A stretch of DNA of 64,000 nt from Minisyncoccota bacterium (GCA_041648595.1 JBAZOQ010000001.1:14002-78001), one strand, 5' to 3'. Positions 9,592 to 19,064 are shown, counted from the first letter of the stretch. Notes: a model not told the origin generated them from the letters alone. Numbers and translations: made by a program.

Positions 9592-11509
9592 GGATTTAAA
9601 ACACATACGAAACTTTTCTATCATCGCACATATTGATCATGGTAAAAGTACTTTGGCGGATAGAATGTTAGAAATTACACATACTATTCCTGAGCGTAAA
9701 ATGCGTGATCAAGTACTTGATTCTATGGATCTTGAACGTGAACGTGGAATTACTATTAAAATGCAACCAGTTAGGATGGTCTATCGACCAAAATTTCCAA
9801 TTTCCAATTTCCAATTTCCAATCAATGATCCAATTTCTAATGAAAATTCTAAATTAAAAATTGAAAATTCAAATTCAGAATACATTCTGAATTTGATTGA
9901 CACCCCAGGGCATATAGACTTTTCTTATGAAGTTTCTCGAGCATTAAAAGCAGTAGAGGGCTCTATTTTATTAGTTGATGCGACACAGGGAGTACAAGCT
10001 CAAACTCTTACTACACTTAATATGGCACGTGAGGGAGCCAAAGAAGGGGGCAAACAAATTATTCCAGTACTTTCAAAGATTGATTCACCACTTGCTCGAG
10101 TAGAAGAAGTAAAAAGGGAGGTTATAGAACTCTTAGGTTGTAATTCTGACGAAATATTGATGGTTTCTGGACGTACGGGTGAAGGAGTAGAAAATCTTTT
10201 AAATGAAATAATAAAACGTATTCCACCACCAGTTGAAAGTTATCCACAAGGTGATAATATTTTACGTGCTCTTGTTTTTGATTTTAAATATTCTAATCAC
10301 AAAGGGGTTATAGTTTTTATTAGATTATTAGATGGAAAAGTAAAAAAGGGTGATAATTTACTTTTTTCAGTTTCAGGTGAAAAATTTTGTGCTCTGGAAG
10401 TTGGTACTTTTTCTCCAGAAGAAACACCAAGAGATTTTCTTTTTGCAGGAGATACGGGTTATATTGTTACAGGCATAAAAAGACCAGGTATTGCTTCTGT
10501 TGGAGATACTATTACAAAAGAAAAAAATCCATTACCTGCATTACCTGGATATATGCAACCAATGCCTGTTGTTTGGGCATCTGTTTTTCCAGAAGATGCT
10601 GATGATTTTTTAGAACTGAAATTATCTTTAGGAAAATTAAAATTATCTGATTCATCTTTTTCATACGAAGAAGAATCAAGTGGTTCACTAGGGCGAGGAT
10701 TTAGATGTGGTTTTCTTGGAATGCTGCATTTAGAGATTATCACAGAAAGATTAAGACGAGAATTTAATTTAGAGCTTGTTATAACTACTCCATCTATTAC
10801 TTATGAAGTATTATTGAGAAACCCTTCGACAGGCTCAGGGCAAGCTGGAAAAAGAGTAAAAATTTATTTTCCTTACTTTTTTCCTGAAGATGGAAATATA
10901 GATACAGTATTTGAACCTTGGGTAAAATTGAAAATAATTACTCCAATCAAATATATAGGCAATATTATGCAAATTCTTTTTGACCATGAAGCTGAAATTG
11001 GTGAGACAGATAATTTTGGCAATAATCGTTCTTCTGTATCTGTTAAAATGCCACTTCGTGAACTTATGCGTAATTTTTTCGATGAATTGAAAAGTGTTTC
11101 ATCTGGATATGGATCTATTTCTTATGAAATAGATGAAATGCGTAAAGCAAATGTTACTAGACTTGATGTGTTAGTCGCTGAAGAAGTGGTTCCTGCATTT
11201 TGTAGAGTTGTTTCAAAAAAAAGGGCAGAAGAAGAAGCAGAAAAAATAGTTGAAAAATTACATGATATTTTACCAAGACAAATGTTTGTTACTAAAATTC
11301 AGGGTAAAGTGTTAGGACGCATAGTATCATCTCGTACATTGCAGGCATTTAGTAAAGATGTGACTCAACATATGTATGGTGGAGACGTTACTCGTAAAAA
11401 TAAACTTCGAGATAAACAAAAGAAAGGAAAAAAGAAAATGAAAGAACGTGGAAAAGTGAATATTCCACATAGTGTATTTTTGAAAATGATGCGTGGAGGA
11501 AATGATTAA
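9590..11509 (+). CDS. lepA: Elongation factor 4
   Basis: IRNFSIIAHIDHGKSTLADR, DTPGH.DF, GFRCGFLGMLHLEI. Carries two insertions. Confidence 0.98.
   Translation: MDLKHIRNFSIIAHIDHGKSTLADRMLEITHTIPERKMRDQVLDSMDLERERGITIKMQPVRMVYRPKFPISNFQFPINDPISNENSKLKIENSNSEYILNLIDTPGHIDFSYEVSRALKAVEGSILLVDATQGVQAQTLTTLNMAREGAKEGGKQIIPVLSKIDSPLARVEEVKREVIELLGCNSDEILMVSGRTGEGVENLLNEIIKRIPPPVESYPQGDNILRALVFDFKYSNHKGVIVFIRLLDGKVKKGDNLLFSVSGEKFCALEVGTFSPEETPRDFLFAGDTGYIVTGIKRPGIASVGDTITKEKNPLPALPGYMQPMPVVWASVFPEDADDFLELKLSLGKLKLSDSSFSYEEESSGSLGRGFRCGFLGMLHLEIITERLRREFNLELVITTPSITYEVLLRNPSTGSGQAGKRVKIYFPYFFPEDGNIDTVFEPWVKLKIITPIKYIGNIMQILFDHEAEIGETDNFGNNRSSVSVKMPLRELMRNFFDELKSVSSGYGSISYEIDEMRKANVTRLDVLVAEEVVPAFCRVVSKKRAEEEAEKIVEKLHDILPRQMFVTKIQGKVLGRIVSSRTLQAFSKDVTQHMYGGDVTRKNKLRDKQKKGKKKMKERGKVNIPHSVFLKMMRGGND
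9791..9876 (+). repeat. In-frame heptamer-repeat insertion in lepA, (AATTTCC)4 plus AAAATT-rich units
   Basis: Encodes KFPISNFQFPINDPISNENSKLKIENSNS where LepA normally has only a short turn. Confidence 0.8.
10821..10844 (+). repeat. 24-bp in-frame palindromic element (CCTTCGAC..GCTCAGGG family) in lepA
   Basis: acccttcgacaggctcagggcaag; four more copies in eno and valS. Confidence 0.9.
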
Positions 11510-11513
11510 TATT

Positions 11514-11615
11514 AATTTAAGCCCCTATTCAAAAGATTTCTGAGCCTTCGCCCTCGGGGACATAAGGACAGGGGACCAACACGACTCTTAAAATCTTTTA
11601 ATAGTGGCTTAAATT
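11514..11615. repeat. Long imperfect hairpin with GC-rich core downstream of lepA
   Basis: aatttaagcccctattcaaaagattt ... aaatcttttaatagtggcttaaatt. Confidence 0.7.
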
Positions 11616-11748
11616 TTACTTTATACTAAATATTGGAGAATAAAGTAAAATCATACTGATTATTATCAATATAACAAGCACTGACCAAATCATCTGGATT
11701 TTCTTTTGATGTTTTTTATTGAAAAACATGAGATAATAATAGCATATA

Positions 11749-12126
11749 ATGAGAAATTTTCAAAAAAATGGAGAAAAGAAACATTTTATGCAATCAAAAA
11801 TATTTTTGATATTTTTGTGTATTGTTATACTTGTTTTCTTTTTTAGTATGTTTAGTTTTGTTGATAAAATGAGAGATACTCAAAAAAATAAAGATATAAT
11901 AAAAGATAAAATTGCAGAATTGGAAAAATCAAAACAAACATTTAATTCTGAAATTACTAAATTAAAAACAGAAGAAGGAATAGAAGAAAATATAAGAGAA
12001 AAATTTGGTGTAGTAAAAGAAGGTGAGAATTTAATGATGGTTGTAGATGATAAAAATCCACTAGTAGAAGAAAAAGAAGAAAATAATAAAGATTTTTGGT
12101 CTATTATAAAAAGTTGGCTTAAATAA
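11749..12126 (+). CDS. Septum formation initiator family protein (FtsB/DivIC-like)
   Basis: One TM helix, coiled coil, IEENIREKFGVVKEGE motif. Confidence 0.8.
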   Translation: MRNFQKNGEKKHFMQSKIFLIFLCIVILVFFFSMFSFVDKMRDTQKNKDIIKDKIAELEKSKQTFNSEITKLKTEEGIEENIREKFGVVKEGENLMMVVDDKNPLVEEKEENNKDFWSIIKSWLK

Positions 12127-12149
12127 TATGTAATGTTATAATTATCTAT

Positions 12150-12223
12150 ATGAATCCCGTTAGAAATTCACTTAACGGGAGTCGAAAATATATTAAAAAT
12201 TAATTTTAAATTTCTAACGGGAT
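12150..12223 (+). repeat. Start-codon hairpin element, family A
   Basis: ATGAAT-CCCGTTAGAAATT...AATTTCTAACGGG-ATGAAA, with internal TAACGGGA at 12173-12180. Confidence 0.9.
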
Positions 12224-13175
12224 GAAAATAGCATTTTTTAGTGTTTTAAAAGAATATCAAGAATTTTTTAATAATTCATTTTCAAAAGATGAAGTTTTTT
12301 GTTTTGAAGAAAAATTAACTAAAGAAAAATTGAACCAAATAAAAGATTTTGAAGTTGTTTCTGTTTTCGTAGATTCGATAGTAGATAAAGATATTATTGA
12401 TAATTTATCTAATTTAAAATTTATTACTACTCGTTCGACTGGATTTGATCATGTTGATTATCAATATGCAAAAAGTAAGGGAATAGCATTTTCTAATGTT
12501 CCAGTGTATGGCTCTAGTACTGTAGCTGAATTTACTTTTGCTTTGATATTAAATCTTTCTAGAAAAATTAGTGAAGCTCTAAGACAATTGAAAGAAGGAG
12601 GTATTTTTGAAGCATTAAAAAACATACAAGGTTTTGATTTAGATGGTAAAATTATTGGAGTCATTGGTACTGGTAAAATAGGTAAGAATGTAATACGTAT
12701 TGCTAAAGCTTTTAATATGAAAGTTTTAGCTTATGATTTATATCCAGATTTAAATTTTGCGAAAGAAAATAATTTTGAATATAAAGATTTTAATGAAGTG
12801 ATATCTGTATCTGATATTATTACGTTGCATACTCCTTCTACAAAAGAAAATTATCATCTTATAAATAAAGAAAGTATTTCAAAAATGAAAAAAGGTGTTT
12901 ATATCATAAACACTGCCCGTGGTGAACTTATAAATACAGAAGACCTGATATTGGGAGTAAAAGAAGGTATTGTGGGTGGTGTAGGATTAGACGTATTGGA
13001 AGGTGAGCGTGATTTTAAAAAAGGAGACAAGATTGCTTTTTTTGAAATACCTAATGTTATAGTCACACCACATATAGCTTTTTATTCGAAAGAAGCGGTA
13101 GATAGAATAGCTGAAACCACGGTTGATAATATAAAAGGTTTTATGTCTGGTAATTTACAGAATTTAGTAAAATAA
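12222..13175 (+). CDS. D-isomer-specific 2-hydroxyacid dehydrogenase (D-lactate/glycerate dehydrogenase-like)
   Basis: RSTGFDH, GVIGTGKIG, INTARG, LDVLEGE, TPHIAF. Confidence 0.92.
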   Translation: MKIAFFSVLKEYQEFFNNSFSKDEVFCFEEKLTKEKLNQIKDFEVVSVFVDSIVDKDIIDNLSNLKFITTRSTGFDHVDYQYAKSKGIAFSNVPVYGSSTVAEFTFALILNLSRKISEALRQLKEGGIFEALKNIQGFDLDGKIIGVIGTGKIGKNVIRIAKAFNMKVLAYDLYPDLNFAKENNFEYKDFNEVISVSDIITLHTPSTKENYHLINKESISKMKKGVYIINTARGELINTEDLILGVKEGIVGGVGLDVLEGERDFKKGDKIAFFEIPNVIVTPHIAFYSKEAVDRIAETTVDNIKGFMSGNLQNLVK

Positions 13176-13178
13176 AAA

Positions 13179-14462
13179 ATGAGTGAAAGATTTATAAAAA
13201 ATTTTGATGAATTAGCTACGACTCCAAATCGTAAAATAACATTAGAGATAATGGAATCTGGGTTAAATGCTATTAATACAGCGAAAGTTATTGAATCTTC
13301 TATAAATCTCGTAGGAAAAAATTTATTTATAAAAGAAAAAAGTTTTAATTTATCTCAATATAAAAAAATAAAAGTAATTGGTTTTGGTAAATCTTCTTGT
13401 GACGGTGCACTGGCCTTAGAGAAAATTTTAGGACCTAAAATAAGTGAAGGTGCTGTTATAGGACTTTCGAAGGTTCCATGTAAATATATAGAAACATTTG
13501 CTGGTACACATCCAAAACCATCATTGGTGAATGTAGAAGCTAGTAAAAAAATATATGAAATAGTAAAGGGTTCAACAGAGGATGATCTTATAATTGTTAT
13601 CGTTTCAGGTGGTGGTTCTGCTCTTCTTTGTTATCCAGAAAGTGAATGTACACAAGGTATAAAACTTTATGATCAATTCTTGAAATGTGGGAAAACAATA
13701 TCTGAAATTAATACAGTTAGAAAACATATATCTTCCCTAAAGGGTGGTGGATTAGCTGAATTAGCATATGGAGCAACGGTTATTGGTCTTATTTTTTCAG
13801 ATGTACCAGGAGATGTATTTGAAGATGTCGCTTCTGGTCCAACATATAAAGATAGATCTACCATAAATGATGCTAAACAAATTATATTAAATAATAATTT
13901 AGGAGAGTTTGATTTAATTGAAACTACAAAAGAAGATAAATATTTTGAAAAAGTTTATAATTTTGTTCTTGTTTCAAACAGGACTGCCGTAAAAGCTATG
14001 GAAAAGAAGGCAAAAGAATTTGATTTAAATGTGAATGTTGCTTCAGTTAATCTATATGATGATATAGATAAAGTACTTGAAAAATTATTTGTAGTTCAAA
14101 AAGAAAATTTTATAGTTTTAGCTGCGGGAGAACCTCGTATAATAGTCACAAAAGATGGAGGAAAGGGAGGTAGGAATTTACATATGGCGCTTCGAGCAAT
14201 CAAAAAGAAGATTATTGAAAAAGATTCTGTATTTATATCTTTTGCTTCTGATGGTATGGATAATAGTATTGCCGCAGGAGCAATTGTAGATAAAAATACA
14301 ATAGAAAAAATAGAGAAATTAGGTTTAAATATTGGTGATTATTTAGATCGTTTTGATTCTTATAATATATTTGAAAAGTCAGGTGATTTAATAATGACAG
14401 GTCCTACAGGTGCAAACGTTTCAGATTTGATGATTCTTTTAACAAAAAAAGATGGAAAATAA
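13179..14462 (+). CDS. Glycerate 2-kinase (MOFRL/DUF4147 family)
   Basis: HPKP, SGGGSAL, RKHISSLKGG, SDVPGD, ASGPT, GGRN, TGPTGANVSD. Confidence 0.92.
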   Translation: MSERFIKNFDELATTPNRKITLEIMESGLNAINTAKVIESSINLVGKNLFIKEKSFNLSQYKKIKVIGFGKSSCDGALALEKILGPKISEGAVIGLSKVPCKYIETFAGTHPKPSLVNVEASKKIYEIVKGSTEDDLIIVIVSGGGSALLCYPESECTQGIKLYDQFLKCGKTISEINTVRKHISSLKGGGLAELAYGATVIGLIFSDVPGDVFEDVASGPTYKDRSTINDAKQIILNNNLGEFDLIETTKEDKYFEKVYNFVLVSNRTAVKAMEKKAKEFDLNVNVASVNLYDDIDKVLEKLFVVQKENFIVLAAGEPRIIVTKDGGKGGRNLHMALRAIKKKIIEKDSVFISFASDGMDNSIAAGAIVDKNTIEKIEKLGLNIGDYLDRFDSYNIFEKSGDLIMTGPTGANVSDLMILLTKKDGK

Positions 14463-15807
14463 AATTACGAAAATTATTGCAGAAGAAATAAAAGATTCGC
14501 GTGGTAATCCGACTATTAAAGTTACAGTATTTGCTTGCCCGCCTTTGGAGGGTGCAGAATATGTATTTGATAGTTTTTCTGTACCTTCTGGTGCATCTAC
14601 TGGAGCCCATGAAGCACATGAGTTAAGAGACCCCGAACCAGAGCAAGCTCGGTACGGGGCAGGTGATAATGGAAAAGGTGGTATGAAGAAGGCTATTTGG
14701 AATGTAGAAAATATTATTGCACCAGCTTTAATTGGTAAAGATATTTTAAATCAAAAAGAAATTGATAGAATAATGATTGAATTAGATGGAACTGCCAATA
14801 AAGATAATTTAGGAGGTAACTCTATGATAGGTGTAAGTATTGCTTGTGCAAAGACAGCTGCGAAAGTGTCTAATGTGGAAATATTTGAACATTTACGTAC
14901 TTTAATGGAGATAAAACCATCCCTTCGACTAGGCTCAGGGCAAGCTAAGAGGATTCCACATCTTTATATGAATTTGATAAATGGAGGAAAGCATGTCCTT
15001 CGACAAGGCTCAGGGCAAGCAAAGAATGATTTAGTTTTTCAGGAATATCACGTTGTCCCAAATACAGAAGATGCAGTAGAAGCAGTTGAAATTGGAATTA
15101 AAATACAAAATTCTCTTAAAGAAATAATTTTAAAAGAACTAGGAGAAGAGTCTCTTGTATTAGGTGATGAAGGAGGTTTTGCTCCTAAGATAAGTGATAT
15201 TAGAAAACCACTTGAATATTTAAGTAAAGCAATAAAAGAAAATAATTTAGAAGATAAAGTTAGGCTCGCGCTCGATGTAGCTAGTTCTTCTTTTTATAAA
15301 GATGGAAAATATAAAGTTGATGGTAAAGACCCCAAAGGAAAGCAAGCTTCCTACGGGGCAGGAATTTCAAAAGAAGAATTAATGGATATTTATAATTCTT
15401 TAATTACAGAATTTAATTTACTTTCTATTGAAGATCCATTTGATGAAGAAGATTTTGAAAGCTTTAGAAAATTAAAAGAAAATCAAAATAATTTAATAGT
15501 GGTAGGAGATGATTTAACTGTGACAAATAAAGTTCTTTTAAAAGAAGCAATTGAGAAAAATAGTATAAATGCAATGATTATAAAACCAAACCAAATAGGC
15601 ACTTTGACAGAGACACTTGAAACGATGCAATTGGCTCGCTTAAATGGTGTAGAGCTCATAGTCAGCCACAGGAGTGGAGAAACTGAGGATAGTTTTATAG
15701 CTGATTTAGCATATGCTTTTGGATGTTTTGGTCTTAAATCAGGGGCTCCAGAAAAATCTGAAAGAAAAGTAAAATATGATAGGTTAATAAAAATTTCTAA
15801 AATATAG
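14452..15807 (+). CDS. eno: Enolase with five short in-frame insertions
   Basis: DSRGNPT, VPSGASTG.HEA.ELRD, GDEGGFAP, VGDDL, KPNQIGT, SHRSGETED. Confidence 0.97.
   Translation: MENKITKIIAEEIKDSRGNPTIKVTVFACPPLEGAEYVFDSFSVPSGASTGAHEAHELRDPEPEQARYGAGDNGKGGMKKAIWNVENIIAPALIGKDILNQKEIDRIMIELDGTANKDNLGGNSMIGVSIACAKTAAKVSNVEIFEHLRTLMEIKPSLRLGSGQAKRIPHLYMNLINGGKHVLRQGSGQAKNDLVFQEYHVVPNTEDAVEAVEIGIKIQNSLKEIILKELGEESLVLGDEGGFAPKISDIRKPLEYLSKAIKENNLEDKVRLALDVASSSFYKDGKYKVDGKDPKGKQASYGAGISKEELMDIYNSLITEFNLLSIEDPFDEEDFESFRKLKENQNNLIVVGDDLTVTNKVLLKEAIEKNSINAMIIKPNQIGTLTETLETMQLARLNGVELIVSHRSGETEDSFIADLAYAFGCFGLKSGAPEKSERKVKYDRLIKISKI
14629..14663 (+). repeat. In-frame hairpin element (GACCCC...AGCAAGCT...TACGGGGCAGG family), copy 1
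   Basis: gaccccgaaccagagcaagctcggtacggggcagg; encodes DPEPEQARYGAG. Confidence 0.85.
14921..14944 (+). repeat. 24-bp in-frame element in eno
   Basis: cccttcgactaggctcagggcaag. Confidence 0.9.
14996..15019 (+). repeat. 24-bp in-frame element in eno
   Basis: tccttcgacaaggctcagggcaag; removal restores NGGKHAK. Confidence 0.9.
15328..15362 (+). repeat. In-frame hairpin element (GACCCC...TACGGGGCAGG family), copy 2
   Basis: gaccccaaaggaaagcaagcttcctacggggcagg; encodes DPKGKQASYGAG. Confidence 0.85.
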
Positions 15808-15883
15808 ATTTTGTAAAATATGCTATAATATCTTTATATATACTAAAAAGTATTGATTATTAATAATATAAAATTTAGTGATT

Positions 15884-18304
15884 ATGGTAGAAGAAAAAAA
15901 GGATGTTTTTGTTAAATGGTTTAATGAAGTAGGTATTGATGATGTTCCATCTGTGGGAGGTAAAAATGCTGCATTAGGAGAAATGTATTCTAATCTCGTA
16001 CCACTTGGGGTGAATGTACCAGATGGTTTTGCTTTAACAGCAGATGCATATCGTCATTTTTTTAAAAAAACAGGATTGGATGAAAAAATAAAAGAAATTC
16101 TTTCTGATTTAAATACTCGTGATCTTAGAAATCTTCAAGTTCGTGCAAAAAAAGTTCGTGAAGCTATTTTAAAAGCTAAATTGCCACAAGATTTACAAGA
16201 TGCAGTGACTAAATCTTATGCAGAACTTGGAAAAAAATATGGTAAAAATAGTGATGTCGCAGTGCGTTCTTCTGCAACAGCAGAAGATCTTCCGGGGGCT
16301 TCTTTTGCAGGCCAGCAAGAGACTTATTTAAACATACACGGTATTGAAAACATACTTATAGCAACAAAGAAATGTATCGCTTCTTTATTTACAGATAGAG
16401 CTGTTTCTTACAGAGCAGATAAAGGATTCTCACATTTTGATGCTGCTTTGTCTGTGGGGGTACAACGTATGGTGCGTTCTGACCTCTCTTCTTCTGGTGT
16501 AGCATTTACCATAGATACAGAGACAGGTTTTGATAAAGTTATTTTAATAAATGGTATTTATGGTTTAGGAGAATTTATTGTGCAGGGGAAAGTTATTCCA
16601 GATGAATTTATTGTTTTTAAACCAACATTGGAAAATGGAAGTAAAAATCCAATAATTGGTAAGAATATTGGTAAGAAAAATATTAAACTTGTCTATGCGA
16701 AAGATGGTACAAAAGAAGCGAAAGTTTCTGTAGAAGAACAACAAAAATTTTGTATTACAAACGAAGAAGCTGTAAAACTTGCAAAATGGTGTTTACAAAT
16801 AGAAAAATATTTTTCTAAAAAACACAATCGTTATCAACCGATGGATATAGAATGGGCTAAAGATGGAAAGACAGGTGAGCTTTTTATTGTGCAAGCACGT
16901 CCTGAGACAGTTGTATCTGGGCAAGACAGAAATGTATTAAGAGAATATAAATTGCAAAAAACGAGCAAAGTTTTGGTGAGTGGTATTGCTGTCGGTTCTA
17001 AAATAGGAAGTGGAAAAGTTCGTGTTTTATCTAGTGCAAAAAATATTTCTTTATTCAAAAAAGGAGAAGTTTTGGTTACAGAGATTACTGATCCAGACTG
17101 GGAGCCTATAATGAAGATAGCAAGTGCTATTATTACAGATAAAGGTGGACGTACATCCCATGCCGCAATAGTTTCTCGCGAACTTGGTATTCCTTGTATT
17201 GTTGGATCAAATAATGCTACAAAAGTATTAAAAAATGGACAAGATGTTACGGTAGACTCTTCAGGGGGACAAGTTGGTAATGTATATACTGGAATATTGC
17301 CATTTAAAATACTAGAACATAGACTAGATGCACTACCTAAAATAGATACAAAGATAATGGTAAATATTGGTTCTCCAGATGAAGCATTTAAGAGTTGTCA
17401 TCTTCCAGCGCAAGGAGTGGGCTTGGGAAGATTAGAATTTATTATTGCTTCTCATATTCGTATTCATCCAAATGCTTTAATTAATTATAAAAAATTAAAT
17501 AGAGGGGAGAAGACTCCTGCAATAGTAAAATTACTTAAAGAAATTGATAACATCACTTATGCATATAAAGATAAGACTCAGTTTTATGTTGACGAGCTTG
17601 CACTTGGAATAGCAAAGATTGGTGCTACTTTTTATCCAGAAAAAGTTATTATTCGTCTCTCAGATTTTAAAACGAATGAATATCGTACGCTTATCGGTGG
17701 AGATATGTATGAGCCACACGAAGAGAATCCAATGCTGGGATGGCGTGGTGCATCTCGATATTATGATCCTAAATTTAAAGATGCTTTCGGTCTTGAATGT
17801 AAGGCTATGAAAATGGTACGTGAAGATATGGGCCTCACGAATGTCATTCCGATGGTTCCATTTTGTAGAACTCCAGAAGAAGGAAAAAAGGTGATAGATG
17901 TGATGAAAGAATATGGTTTGGATCGTACAAAAGATAAGAATTTAAAAGTATATGTTATGTGTGAAATTCCTTCAAACATTCTTTTGGCAGATGAATTTCT
18001 TGAAATATTTGATGGTATGTCTATTGGTTCAAATGATTTGACCCAGCTTACTTTGGGGCTAGATAGAGATTCTGGAATAGTGACTCACATATCAAATGAA
18101 AATAATCCTGCTGTTAAAAAGCTAGTAGCAGAAATTATTCATAAATGTAAAGAAAAAGGGAAGTATATAGGTATTTGTGGGCAAGCTCCATCTGACTATC
18201 CAGAATTTGCTAAATTCCTTGTAGATGAAGGTATAGAGAGCATGTCACTTAATCCTGATACTGTCATTAAAATTATTATGGCTTTAGGTGAAAAAAAAGT
18301 ATAA
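15884..18304 (+). CDS. ppsA: Phosphoenolpyruvate synthase
   Basis: VGGKNA.LGEM, VRSSATAEDLP.ASFAGQQET, GGRTSHAAIVSRELG, SIGSNDLTQ, GICGQAPSD. Confidence 0.97.
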   Translation: MVEEKKDVFVKWFNEVGIDDVPSVGGKNAALGEMYSNLVPLGVNVPDGFALTADAYRHFFKKTGLDEKIKEILSDLNTRDLRNLQVRAKKVREAILKAKLPQDLQDAVTKSYAELGKKYGKNSDVAVRSSATAEDLPGASFAGQQETYLNIHGIENILIATKKCIASLFTDRAVSYRADKGFSHFDAALSVGVQRMVRSDLSSSGVAFTIDTETGFDKVILINGIYGLGEFIVQGKVIPDEFIVFKPTLENGSKNPIIGKNIGKKNIKLVYAKDGTKEAKVSVEEQQKFCITNEEAVKLAKWCLQIEKYFSKKHNRYQPMDIEWAKDGKTGELFIVQARPETVVSGQDRNVLREYKLQKTSKVLVSGIAVGSKIGSGKVRVLSSAKNISLFKKGEVLVTEITDPDWEPIMKIASAIITDKGGRTSHAAIVSRELGIPCIVGSNNATKVLKNGQDVTVDSSGGQVGNVYTGILPFKILEHRLDALPKIDTKIMVNIGSPDEAFKSCHLPAQGVGLGRLEFIIASHIRIHPNALINYKKLNRGEKTPAIVKLLKEIDNITYAYKDKTQFYVDELALGIAKIGATFYPEKVIIRLSDFKTNEYRTLIGGDMYEPHEENPMLGWRGASRYYDPKFKDAFGLECKAMKMVREDMGLTNVIPMVPFCRTPEEGKKVIDVMKEYGLDRTKDKNLKVYVMCEIPSNILLADEFLEIFDGMSIGSNDLTQLTLGLDRDSGIVTHISNENNPAVKKLVAEIIHKCKEKGKYIGICGQAPSDYPEFAKFLVDEGIESMSLNPDTVIKIIMALGEKKV

Positions 18305-18318
18305 TATAAATGTACTTG

Positions 18319-18384
18319 TCCTGTTAGAAATTCAACAGGTATGTTATAATGATAAAAATTATTAATTTAAAATTTCTAATAGGA
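18319..18384 (+). repeat. Start-codon hairpin element, family A variant
   Basis: TCCTGTTAGAAATT...AATTTCTAATAGG-ATG, with a compensatory CCT/AGG change and an internal TGTTATAAT. Confidence 0.85.
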
Positions 18385-18581
18385 TGCTTATAATATCTCA
18401 AACAATATTTTATATAGTAGCTTCAGTCGCAATGATCGTTGTTCTTGTGATGTTTGTTATTGTGATATATTATTTTATAGGTATTTTAAAAAATACCCGT
18501 AGTATTTCTGATGATATTGTAAATACTTATACAAAAACTAAAAAAAATATAAAGAAGATTATTAATTCAATAAAAATATGA
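18384..18581 (+). CDS. Small single-pass membrane protein
   Basis: Hydrophobic N-terminal half; precedes a YtxH-like gene. Confidence 0.7.
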   Translation: MLIISQTIFYIVASVAMIVVLVMFVIVIYYFIGILKNTRSISDDIVNTYTKTKKNIKKIINSIKI

Positions 18582-18690
18582 GTCCCGTTAGAAATTTACA
18601 AAACGGGGATAAAATTATAAAAATAACATAAATCAACTATCTTTATATATAAATAATATATGTACGAATGGTATGATTTCTAAACGGGAT
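18578..18690 (+). repeat. Start-codon hairpin element, family A
   Basis: ATGAGT-CCCGTTAGAAAT...ATTTCTAAACGGG-ATGAAA; the first ATGA overlaps the upstream stop codon. Confidence 0.88.
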
Positions 18691-19021
18691 GAAAAAACAA
18701 ATAAAAAAAGAAGAAAAAAGTAGTAAGTTTTTGAGTGGAGCATTGATAGGTGCAGCACTTGGTGTAGCAGCAGGACTTTTTGCAACATCAAAAAAAGGAA
18801 AAGAAATTACAAAAGAAGTAAAAAATAAATCAGTAGAATTTTATAAATATATTGCTCCACAAATAAAGAAAGCAAAAGAGATGGGGGAGCAAGAATATAA
18901 AGCTTTTATAAATAAAGCATTAGTTAGTTATAATAAAAATAAGAAATTCAGTAAAGAAGACTTAGAAAATCTAAAAAAAGAAGTCCACGCATCTTGGAAA
19001 CATCTAAAAAAGAATTTTTAG
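18689..19021 (+). CDS. YtxH-domain protein
   Basis: FLSGALIGAALGVAAGLFA...GKE motif. Confidence 0.8.
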   Translation: MKKQIKKEEKSSKFLSGALIGAALGVAAGLFATSKKGKEITKEVKNKSVEFYKYIAPQIKKAKEMGEQEYKAFINKALVSYNKNKKFSKEDLENLKKEVHASWKHLKKNF

Positions 19022-19036
19022 AAATCTAGCTTAGAC

Positions 19037-19059
19037 TTGCGGAAGCAAGACTTCCGCAA
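19037..19059. repeat. REP-like palindrome
   Basis: ttgcggaagcaagacttccgcaa; same family as the copies flanking the tyrosine transposase. Confidence 0.85.
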
Positions 19060-19064
19060 ATATT

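Noticed and set aside
14452-15807. Inteins or self-splicing introns as the explanation for coding insertions
   Set aside because: Inserts are ~20-100 nt, far too short, and lack intein or group I/II motifs.
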